Shown: positions 53,506 to 63,820 of the stretch, piece by piece
How the letters are laid out: each line of letters opens with the position of its first letter
Numbering within the stretch: position 1 is the stretch's first letter
DNA from: Eledone cirrhosa
Taxonomy: Eukaryota
Direction of reading: 5' to 3'
DNA length: 64,000 bases
Assembly: GCA_964016885.1 (NCBI GenBank)
Contig: OZ024740.1
Coordinates: 1,736,001-1,800,000 of the forward strand
Program-made: the position numbers and the translations under genes
Notes under the pieces: model-generated
Database searches by the model: none
Told to the model about the DNA's origin: nothing
The model's input: only the letters and a program-made list of their open reading frames with translations

Positions 53506-54053
53506 TATATAATAAAGCACAATTGTCAGGTGATAACCACTTTGTGCTAGATTTGTTTGGGAAATGGTAATTTGATATCTTCCTCTCTCTCTCTCTCTGG
53601 TCAACAAGATGATCTGTAGTCAAGCAACTGCTATCTATACCTATCTACCTATCTATCTGTCTATCTGTCTATGGACAATAAAAACAACAGAAAAATACTC
53701 CAAGTGTAAAACATTCTCATAAAAGGTTTTGTGCTGTGTCAGCAAAGAAAAGCAGCCATAAAAAGGAAGATTGTCACTTGCTTTACTTCATCATCACATT
53801 AGCTTCCCATGGCATGGGTTAGATATGTTATCTCAGATTGAGACCAACCAGGTCAGGTCAACTCATTTTGCTCATACATTCCATATTTGGCATAATTTCT
53901 ATGGCTGGATGCTCCTCTTAATGCCAGCCACCTTACATGGTGTATTTACTATTTAATTTATTGCAAAAAGAAAAAAAACTTCCAATGTATGAACTGCTTC
54001 CATTTAAATCAACACAAACATTTTTTTAATAAGAGTTTTTCTTTTCATTACAG

Positions 54054-54129
54054 AACTAGTCTTCCAAAACCAATGTTCTCCCGTAATGACTTCAGTATAT
54101 GGAGTATTCTTAAACAATGTATTGGAAAG
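54054..54129 (+). CDS. Internal 76-nt exon of an oxysterol-binding-protein-related protein, ORP1/ORP2 subfamily (OSBPL1A/OSBPL2-like), start of the ORD domain
   Basis: Polypyrimidine tract + CATTACAG acceptor, AAG|GTCAGT donor; encodes (R)TSLPKPMFSRNDFSIWSILKQCIGK, matching the recalled ORP1/2 motif RTSLPxPMFSRxDFSxWxILxKCxG. Confidence 0.9.
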
Positions 54130-54805
54130 GTCAGTGTCTTTTTATTCAACTTCTCTGTTGTGCTGTTCTTTTGCTGTCAATCTATTCCAAACTCTATTGG
54201 CCATTTTGTGTTGTTGTAGCCTTCATATAATATACTACTTTATACACTAACACAAAGGTTCTCAACAAGGGAGTGTTTTGCAGCAAGGGGGCGTTTGAAG
54301 CTTTGGGGGTCGCTTGAAGCTTTGGGGGTTGCTGGAAGCCCCTTTAGTTTAGTAAGTTTAATAAGTCATATTTGTACGTCTCTTAGACAGCCAGTGTGAA
54401 TGCATTTGAATGAAGAAAACGAAGAAAATAAATAAAAGAAGCTTGTCAACGAATTCCCTAGGGAGATAAAAGAAATCAAAGAAAATGAACATAAGGATGT
54501 CAACTTTGACAACACATACATACATACATACATACACACATGCACACACACACATATACACACACAGGCCTGCGTTAGTGTTTGATGAGGTTGAGAACCT
54601 GGTCAGCTTTCAGCCAGAGCTGTGGTATTTAATCTCCCTAGGTAATAAAATCTGGGGACAGAATTTTCTCCTTACCCCCAAAAAATAAAAACCATAAATA
54701 ATCATGTCAACATCCTTACACACTGAAATATAAATGCACATATATATACAAATGTATAAATGCATAGCTATATACATACGTAAATGTATGTATATATGTA
54801 TGTAG

Positions 54806-54840
<35 letters not shown>

Positions 54841-54843
<3 letters not shown>

Positions 54844-56795
54844 TCATCATCATCATCATCATCAACGTTTAACGTCCGTGTTCCACGCTTGCATGGGTTT
54901 GGACGGGGGTAGTCCCACTTGAGGCAAGAGTGATTGTCTTGCTCGCATAGGACTGTCTGGCAGGTTTTCTACAGTTGGATGCCCTTCCTAACACCAACCA
55001 CATTTACAGTGTGGGTCTGGGAGGTTTTTACCGTGTTGCCTACACGGCCACATTACAGCGTGGACTGTGTGTTTTTTGTCGTGACACCTACACGATCTCA
55101 TTTGTTTCGGCCTCGAAGGCGCGGCACCAACATAACTTTACATAGAACGGGGTGGTGTGGATCGGGTGGGGGTGGGGGTGGTGGGACGGGGTGTATTTTG
55201 TTAGAGATGCCTACTGGCTGGAGTAGGTTTTACTATATATTTAGGTAAGGCGGGTCTTCTCTGTTACTGAGTACCGCCAAAGGTCTCGGTCCAGTGACAT
55301 TGTCTTGGAGAGGTGTAAGTGTGTGATGTCGGAGTTTATCAGCTCGTCCCAGGTTTTTCTAGGTCTGCCTATTCCGTGACTACCGTCTATCTTTATTGCC
55401 CTGCACTTTGTTATACAGCTATCGACTTTCATGCGCATCACGTGTCCATACCAACGTAGCCTTCTCTCGAGTAAACAACATCTGATCCCTCTTATCTCTA
55501 ATTTTTTCCTTAGTTCGTTTATGCTTTGCCGTTCACGTATATTACTGTTACACATCCAGCGGAGCATGCAAGCTTCGTTCCTCTCTAGTCTGCGTATATC
55601 CTCTGCACACAATGCCCAGGTCTCACTGCCATGCAGCATTGCTGTTCGTATGCAGGCATCGTACAACCTGCCTTTCATTTTTAGTGAGAACCCTTTAGCA
55701 GCTAATAGTGGTATAAGCTCTCTGAACTTTTTCCAACCAGTTCTGACTCTAGCTACAGTACTTTCAGAGCACCCTCCCCCACTGCTGATTTTATCGCCCA
55801 GGTAACGGAAGCTGTCCACTATTTCTATAGAACCCTCTGCGCAATTGAAAGAGCTAGTATTTTGTGGGCACTTGCTGCTACTTATTGCACCAGAGCACCG
55901 GCCACATGTAAAATCTATGTTCTTAGTTAGCTTACCTGTGATCCCACTACATCTTTTATGCACCCATACTTTGCATTTAGGACATAAAATGGAGTTTCTA
56001 CCTACGCCTTTCCTACACACCGAGCACGACCATTTCCCAGAAGGGACCGCCGCCTTGTTTTCTTTCCTACAAACTAGCACTTTGGTCTTAGCCAGGTTAA
56101 TTTTAAGTCCTTTTGACTCTAGGCCGTGCTTCCATGTTTGGAATTTCTTCTCTAGCTCGGCCATTGATTCCGCTATGAGTGTCAGGTCGTCTGCGTATAG
56201 GAGTTCCCATGGGCAGCCTGTCTTGAACTCCTCTGTTATAGCCTGAAGGGCAATAATAAATAGTAGTGGACTGAGAACAGAGCCCTGATGGACGCCAACT
56301 TTTACGCTAAACTCTTCACTATATTCGTTGTTAATTCTAACCTTGCTGACTGTTTCTTTATACATGGCTTGTATAGCCCTCACAAGCCATTCGTCAACGC
56401 CTAGTTTTCTAAGAGCCCACCAGATAATGGAGCGGGGGACTCTGTCGAAGGCTTTCTCCAAGTCGACGAAAGCTAAGTAGAGGGGTTTACCTTTAGCTAG
56501 GTACTTCTCCTGTAGTTGTCGTACTATGAAAAGAGCGTCTGTGGTACTTTTGCCTGACACAAACCCGAACTGCATTTCATCTAGGTCAATTCTCTCTCTG
56601 ATTAGTTGCGCTATTACTCTTTCCGTGACCTTCATGACCTGGTCGATTAATTTAATGCCTCTATAGTTACTCCTATCTAGGGCGTCTCCTTTACCCTTAT
56701 AACAGTTAACGATGATGCTGCTATGCCAGTCCTTCGGAACAACCCCATTCTGTACGACTTGGTTAACTATGCGGGTGACCATGGTGTGTCCCACC

Positions 56796-56796
<1 letters not shown>
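54841..56796 (-). mobile_element. Young 5'-truncated RTE-clade LINE with an open RT frame (55241-56796)
   Basis: NYRGIKL, QFGF, FVDLEKAFDRV, VGVHQGSVLSPLLF, YADD, PHD-type Cys/His motif, RLRWYGHV, GRPRKTW; (GAT)n tail; (TA)n on both sides. Confidence 0.96.
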
Positions 56797-56880
<84 letters not shown>

Positions 56881-56881
<1 letters not shown>

Positions 56882-57228
56882 GGAGGCACATGGCTTAGTG
56901 GTTAGAGCATTGGCCTTGCAATCGAAAGGTTGTGAGTTCAATTCTCAGACCGAGTGATGTGTTGTTTCCTTGAGCAAGACACTTTATTTCACATTGCTCC
57001 AGTTTACTCAGCTGTAGAAATGAGATGATAGGGACTGGGGTCCCTATCATTCCACTGCAAAGTGGACGTGGAGGTGCCACGGCAAAAAAGCACCCAGCAC
57101 TCACTGTAAAATGAGGTTGGTGTTAGGAAGGGCATCCAGCTGTAGAAATCAAGCCAGAATCAGTTCCCGTCCCACCCTGGCAAGCAGGGAAAAAGCGGAC
57201 GTAAAATGAAAAAATGAAAAAAATGAAA
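56881..57228 (+). mobile_element. tRNA-derived CORE-like SINE with an RTE-derived 3' tail (tail B)
   Basis: A box TGGCTTAGTGG, B box GAGTTCAATTC, core CCTTGAGCAAGACACTT; 3' half matches RTE 3' UTRs at ~59905-60055 and 42740-42790. Confidence 0.9.
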
Positions 57229-57337
57229 TATATATAAATCTACATACATACATATATACATACATACATTTATGTATGTATATAGCTATGCATTTATACA
57301 TTTGTATATATACATGCATTTATATTTAAGTGTGTAA

Positions 57338-57379
<42 letters not shown>

Positions 57380-58682
57380 ATAATATATATATATATATTT
57401 TCAGTCTGGTCTACCATGTTTGAGCCCCCTGTTGGAGATAGATAGATAGACGTGTACCAAACACACACACACACATTTCTTACTCTCTCTGTCCTTACCT
57501 CTTTCTCTCTTCATTTATATATATATATATATATGGCGTTGTTGAAAAGAGCAGTGGCCTTTGACCTGGCAATAAAAACTGGAGACAAATTCTTTCTGTA
57601 CCAAAACCAAGGCACACACTAGTTTGTGTGTGTGTGTGTGTGTTCATGCATGCACGTTTATGTGTGTGTGTGTGTGTATCTATCTATGTATATATATATA
57701 AGGGATACAGATGTGGCTTTCTCACTGTCACCAAGCTTCTTAATTCATTCGTTTCTATTAAGTATTTTATTTTGCAAGGTACTATTTTCCCCCTTAGTTT
57801 GTGATTTCAAAGAAAGGTAAGAAATTCTTCATATTTTGCATCTTTTGTATTTTGACTTTACAGTTTGAATTGTAGAATTGTCTATCCACTCAAAATATTA
57901 CAACAGCTAACAGTGAAATATAGAATTTAAAAAAAAAGAAGCTTTTTCGACTGAGATCAAATTTTTTTTTTTTTTTTTTAAATATATAATTTGAAATAGC
58001 TTGCTTTTGTTTTGGACTGAAACTTTTTTGTATTTAATTTGTGCAAGTAATTTTTAAAGATTCTAACATAACTTGATTTGTCCCAGTAATCTACTGATAT
58101 CAAAATCAGTACTATATTGAAAAATGGAAAAATGGGGGGGGTGAGGCGTTTCGTGATTTCGAGGGGCGTTTAGCCGAAATGGGTTGAGAACCTTTGCACT
58201 AACACAATTTTTCAAGCAAACTATAACACTCTCTTTTTTATGTATATATTTTTCTGTAAGCTATCTTTATAGCATTTCTGTGCTTAACCACTTTATATAT
58301 ATAATCCAGCTTTGTACATTGTTTACATATGGAAGTCTGTCTGTCAGTCTTTCTGCTGACATCTGAAAGCTGTTGTCTAGCTAAAATGATAGGAAGGGAT
58401 TTGTCATGGCTGCTTAGTTCAATGGTTAAAGTGTCTAACCAATATCTGGAAGATATCGGGTTTCAATTCCTCATAGCTGCCAATGGCAACTTCTTTTTCC
58501 ATCTTTTAATGGTCTTCTCCCTATTGTATAAGCTATCTTTGTAGCCTTTCTACAGTTGAGCATTTTCTTTATACTTTATATATATGAGATGTCAACATGA
58601 ATGGACCTGTTATTTTTATCTAAAGACATATTTTCCAATTCGAACCTGCCCGTCCCCTCAATCTATCTTATTTCTCATTCTT

Positions 58683-58718
58683 TCTTCTGATGAAGGACTA
58701 GCGTCCGAAATGTTAAGA
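58683..58718 (+). ncRNA. Minimal type I hammerhead ribozyme motif (probably decayed)
   Basis: TCTT-CTGATGA-A-GGAC(TAGC)GTCC-GAAA-TG-TT-AAGA: stems I and II pair; stem III is consistent with CpG decay of palindromic ACGT. Confidence 0.65.
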
Positions 58719-58813
58719 CCCTCTTCCTACTATATCAAGTGTTAACCTAATATATCCCTTCCATATACTGTACTGATTGTGTTGTTATTTCTATTTACCT
58801 TTTACATACATGT

Positions 58814-59035
58814 GAAGGCGCATGGCTTAGTGGTTAGAGCATTGGGCTTGCAATCAAAAGGTTGTGAGTTCAATTCTCGGACCGGGTTATGTGTTGTTTC
58901 CTTGAGCAAGACACTTTATTTCACATTGTTCCAGTTTACTCAGCTGTAGAAATGAGTTGATAGGACTGGGGTCCCTATCATTCGACTGCAAAGTGGTCGT
59001 GGAGGTGCCACTGTAAAAAAGCACCGGGCGCACAC
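58814..59035 (+). mobile_element. CORE-like SINE (tail B), 3'-truncated
   Basis: Near-identical to 56881-57100. Confidence 0.88.
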
Positions 59036-59042
59036 TCATTCC

Positions 59043-59192
59043 TTATCATCTCATTTCTACAGCTGAGTAAACTGGAGCAATGTGAAATAAAGTGTCTTGC
59101 TCAAGGAAACAACACATCACCCGGTCTGAGAATTGAACTCACAACCTTTCGATTGCAAGACCAATGCTCTAACCACTAAGCCATGTGCCTCC
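59043..59192 (-). mobile_element. CORE-like SINE 5' half, inverted relative to its neighbour
   Basis: Reverse complement of ~56882-57030. Confidence 0.88.
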
Positions 59193-59344
59193 ATATATAT
59201 ATATATATATATCTATATCCAAAATTAAGATAAATCAAATGAATTTAATCTAAATCAAAATTATGGGTGTCATGCCAGAAAGACATGCGCCATATCACCC
59301 GCAAAATAAGCTCTAAGATTCTAACGAGTAGGTCTGAGCATTTT

Positions 59345-59759
59345 ATAATAACTAGAGATTGATTAACATATAAATAAACATGAATAATCACAGGAGATAA
59401 TTTTTACAGTTTGAATTGTAGCTGGGACGAAGCTAGTATGATGTGTGTATTTCTAGTAAATACAACACATGTTGGCCAGTCACTGATTTGAACTTGAAGT
59501 GTAAACACGGATTGCTGGAAATTTCTTCCTTGTTGAAAATCCAAGTGTCCCCTTCTGTGGTTTACCATTCGATTAATTGGTGAAATATATTTCTTTAATG
59601 GAATATATACAGGGAAGATTAATCATATTATAAGGTATCTATTTTTGAAGTTCTGGTCAACTTTATTTAGTTACCTACCTAGCTATGTGTGGTTACACAC
59701 TTGTAAAAATTATCTCCTGTGATTATTCATGTTTATTTATATGTTAATCAATCTCTAGT

Positions 59760-59766
<7 letters not shown>
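59345..59766. repeat. ~64-bp inverted repeat around a ~295-bp spacer
   Basis: ATAATAACTAGAGATTGATTAAC...GGAGATAATTTTTACA (59345-59408) is complementary to 59703-59766. Confidence 0.85.
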
Positions 59767-59792
<26 letters not shown>

Positions 59793-59795
<3 letters not shown>

Positions 59796-60558
59796 TCATC
59801 ATCATCATCACCGTTTTACGTCCGTTCTTCCACGCTAGCATGGGTTAGACGGGTTGTCCTGTTGTGGGCAGTGTCTGGTCGGCTGACCATGCCTTGCTCA
59901 TACAGGAACTGATCTGGCTTGATTTCTACAGCTGGATGCCCTTCCTAACACCAACCTCATTTACAGTGAGTGCTGGGTGCTTTTTCGTGGCGCCTACACG
60001 TCCACTTTACAGTGTGGGCTGGGTGCTTTTTTGCCGTGGCACCTCCACGACCACCTTGCGGGGGGGGGGGGGGGGGGCATATTGTTTATATGCTTCAGCA
60101 TGTACCCATGGGAGGTCGGGTACCCTGTATTACTGCGTGACGCCAGAAGTCACGGTCGTGTGTCATTGACTTTGAGAGGTGTAGTTGGGTAAGGTCGGCT
60201 TTTATCACCTCATCCCAAGTCATCTTGGGTCTCCCCACTCCGCGGTTTCCATCAACTTCTAGTGCTCTGCACCTTTTTATGCAGCTGTCATCCTTCATAC
60301 GCATCACATGTCCATACCAGCGTAACCGCCTCTCCTGCACGCAGCATTTGATTCCTCTTATGCTCAGTCTCTCTCTCAATTCATTTATGCTTTGTCGTTC
60401 ACGTATATTACTGTTACACATCCATCGGAGCATGCAGGCTTCGTTTCTCTCTAATCTACGTAAGTCTTCCACCTTCAGCGCCCAGGTCTCACTACCATGC
60501 AACATCGCTGTTCGGATACACGCATCATACAGTCTGCCTTTCATTCTGAGGGAGAAGC

Positions 60559-60563
<5 letters not shown>
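59793..60563 (-). mobile_element. 5'-truncated RTE LINE, second subfamily
   Basis: MKGRLYDACIRTAMLHGSETW...RLRWYGHV...GRPKMTW; (GAT)n tail; (TA)n flanks. Confidence 0.93.
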
Positions 60564-60627
<64 letters not shown>

Positions 60628-60878
60628 ACAGGGAGAAAAAGATGATTATTAGGAAGAAAAATATATTTTTTTCCTTTTTTGTTTCTCTCTCTCTTTTTTC
60701 TGAGTTAGAAAATGATTAAAACGAAATGTTTTACTTTGTGTGAAGTGTTAAGGTATTAGTTGATTTATTTATTATTTAACAATGGCATTTATTTATCTAT
60801 TTATATATTTAATTATTGTCTATTACTGGTTTCAGCATTTATATATGTGTGTGTGTGTACGTATGCATACTTATATAT

Positions 60879-62682
60879 CATCATCATCATCATCATCATC
60901 AGGTTTAGCGTCCGTGTTCCACGCTTGCATGGGTTTGGACGGGGGTTTTCCCACTTGAGGCAAGAGTGGTTGTCTTGCTCGCATAGGACTGTCTGGCGGG
61001 TTTTCTACAGTTGGATGCCCTTCCTAACACCAACCACATTTACAGTGTGGGGCTGGGAGGTTTTTACCGTGTTGCCTACACGGCCACATTACAGCGTGGA
61101 CTGTCTGGCGGGTTTTCTACAGCTGGATGCCCTTCCTAACACCAACCACATTTACAGTGTGGGGCTGGGAGGTTTTTACCGTGTTGCCTACACGGCCACA
61201 TTTACAGCGTGGACTGTGTGTTTTTTGTCGTGACACCTACACGATCTCATTTGTTTCGGCCTGGATGTTGTGGGGCCAACATAACTTTACATTGAAAGGG
61301 GCGGTGTGGGTGGGGTGGAGGTGGAGGTGGTGGGACGGGGGTGTGTTTTGATAGAGGTGCCTACTGACTGTAGTAGGTTTTTACTTTGTATTTAGGTAAG
61401 GCGGGTCTTCTCTATTACTGAGTACCGCCAAAGGTCTCGGTCCAGTGACATTGTCTTGGAGAGGTGTAAGCGTGTGAGGTCGGAAATTATCAGCTCGTCC
61501 CATGTTTTTCTGGGTCTGCCTACTCCGTGGCTACCGTCTATCTTTATTGCCCTGCACTTTGTTATACAGCTGTCGTCTTTCATGCGCATCACGTGACCGT
61601 ACCAACGTAGCCTTCTCTCGAGTAAACAACATCTGATCCCTCTTATTTCTAATTTTTTCCTTAGTTCGTTTATGCTTTGCCGTTCACGTATATTACTATT
61701 GCACATCCAGCGGAGCATGCAAGCTTCGTTCCTCTCTAGTCTGCGTATATCCTCTGCACACAATGCCCAGGTCTCACTGCCATGCAGCATTGCTGTTCGT
61801 ATGCAGGCATCGTATAACCTGCCTTTCATTTTTAGGGAGAACCCTCTAGCGGCTAATAGTGGTATAAGCTCTCTGAACTTTTTCCATCCAGTTCTGACTC
61901 TAGCTACTGTACTTTCAGAGCACCCTCCCCCACTGCTGATTTTGTCACCCAGATAACGGAAGCTATCCACTATTTCTATAGAACCCTCTGCGCAGTTGAA
62001 GGAGCTAGTATTTTGTGGGCACTTGCTGCTACTTATTGCACCAGAGCACCGGCCACATGTAAAATCTATGTTCTTAGTTAGCTTACCTGTGATCCCACTA
62101 CATCTTTTATGCACCCATACTTTGCATTTGGGACATAAAATGGAGTTTCTACCTACGCCTTTCCTACACACTGAGCATGGCCATTTCCCCGATGGGACCG
62201 CCGCCTTATTTTCTTTCCTACAAACTAGAACTTTAGTCTTAGCCAGGTTAATTTTAAGGCCTTTTGATTCTAGGCCGTGCTTCCACGTTTGGAATTTCTT
62301 CTCTAGTTCGGTCATTGATTCAGCTATGAGCGTTAGATCATCTGCGTATAGGAGTTCCCATGGGCAGCCGGTCTTGAACTCCTCTGTTATAGCCTGAAGG
62401 GCAATAATAAATAGTAGGGGGCTAAGTACAGAGCCCTGATGGACACCAACTTTTACGCTAAACTCTTCACTATATTCGTTGTTAATTCTAACCTTACTGA
62501 CTGTTTCTTTATACATGGCTTGTATAGCTCTCACAAGCCATTCGTCAACACCTAGTTTTCTAAGAGACCACCAGATAATGGAACGGGGGACTCTGTCGAA
62601 GGCTTTCTCCAAGTCGACAAAAGCTAAGTATAGGGGTTTACTTTTAGCTAGGTACTTCTCCTGTAGTTGTCGTACAATGAAA

Positions 62683-62684
<2 letters not shown>
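60879..62684 (-). mobile_element. Young 5'-truncated RTE LINE, close relative of 54841-56796 (open frame 61392-62684)
   Basis: Nearly identical protein including YADD and the PHD-type finger; 112-bp duplication in the 3' UTR; (TA)n flanks. Confidence 0.96.
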
Positions 62685-62734
<50 letters not shown>

Positions 62735-62932
62735 TTATTCAGGTTTGAGGTTCACCACTGTATAGAGCTGGTCTATTCCGTATGGTCAATCGTAATGCAA
62801 TAATATAGAGAGTACTCAACATAAGGCAGTTCAACCGTCTTTGTTTTTGTAGTTGGTGGTGCTATTACGGAGTTAAATATTATAATGAAATGACAGGAGG
62901 CTGGATTTATGTAAATCCTTGAAAGGTTTATT

Positions 62933-62990
62933 ATACTATGATCATTTCAATGACCGGGTTCCGTATGAATCCGGTGATATCATCAGGTAT
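62933..62990 (-). ncRNA. Type I hammerhead ribozyme motif, minus-strand copy
   Basis: Exact reverse complement of 63042-63099. Confidence 0.62.
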
Positions 62991-63041
62991 TCGAAATATA
63001 ATACGTGAATGTATCTATTACATTCACGTATTATATTTCGA

Positions 63042-63099
63042 ATACCTGATGATATCACCGGATTCATACGGAACCCGGTCATTGAAATGATCATAGTAT
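63042..63099 (+). ncRNA. Type I hammerhead ribozyme motif with palindromic stem III
   Basis: ATAC-CTGATGA-[imperfect stem II ACCGG..TTC/GAA..CCGGT]-GAAA-TGATCA-TA/GTAT. Confidence 0.62.
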
Positions 63100-63415
63100 A
63101 ATAAACCTTTCAAGGATTTACACAAATCCAGCCTCCTGTCATTTCATTATTATATATATATTTGTTTGTTTTATTTTTGTTTTTGTTGACAAACTTTCAT
63201 CTGCTAAGTGACCTGTTACCACAGATCAGTGACATGCAACAGGCTTACTGCAATAACACTTTCAATTGTCTTATATATCCTATCTATCTCCTCTGCTCTT
63301 TACAATAAGCATCATGTAAAATCTTTCTGAACCTTTCTGTAAAAAATTCATCAATTCATAACATTTCTTTAAAACAATTCTTAATATCTACTGAAACTTT
63401 AATGACACTTCCTTA

Positions 63416-63820
63416 ATTTGAGATTTGATCTCGTGACTTTGTGCCTCACAAACCAGCTCAGTTATATTTGAGATTTGATCTCGTCACTTTGAGCCTCACA
63501 AACCAGCTCAGTTATATTTGAGATTTGATCTCATCACTTTGAGCCTCACAAACCAGCTCAGATATATTTGAGATTTGATCTCATCACTTTGAGCCTCACA
63601 AACCAGCTCAGATCTATTTTAGGTTTGATATCATCACTTTGAGCCTCACAAACCAGCTCATATCTATTTTAGATTTGATCTCTTGACTTTGAGCCTCACA
63701 AACCAGCTCAGATATATTTGAGATTTGATCTCATCACTTTGAGCCTCACAAACCAGCTCAGATCTATTTTAGGTTTGAACTCATCACTTTGAGCCTCACA
63801 AACCAGCTCACATCTATTTC
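63416..63820. repeat. 50-bp tandem repeat (~8 copies)
   Basis: Unit TTTGAGATTTGATCTCATCACTTTGAGCCTCACAAACCAGCTCAGATATA. Confidence 0.93.

Larger units (their letters stand above)
54253..58196. mobile_element. Non-autonomous hAT (Charlie-like) element containing nested insertions
   Basis: Perfect 14-bp TIR CAAAGGTTCTCAAC / GTTGAGAACCTTTG; exact 8-bp TSD CACTAACA at 54245-54252 and 58197-58204. Confidence 0.88.
62712..63150 (-). mobile_element. Penelope-like pseudo-LTR remnant with an inverted partial copy
   Basis: 132-bp-arm palindrome 62882-63150 containing a hammerhead motif; the longer arm ends in AATAAA before (TA)n on the minus strand. Confidence 0.65.

Noticed and set aside
54140-54222. 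Minus-strand mini-ORF LQQHKMANRVWNRLTAKEQHNREVE*
   Set aside because: No recognisable homology and a weak acceptor; it lies just inside the intron after the well-supported + strand exon.
55241-56941. 566-aa ORF as an intact gene
   Set aside because: The N-terminus reads through a SINE and (TA)n. The RTE is 5'-truncated and lacks its endonuclease.
57797-57815. AG/GTAAGA-bounded 19-nt micro-exon
   Set aside because: It lies inside the hAT element, would shift the frame, and does not encode the expected ELSKITMP continuation.
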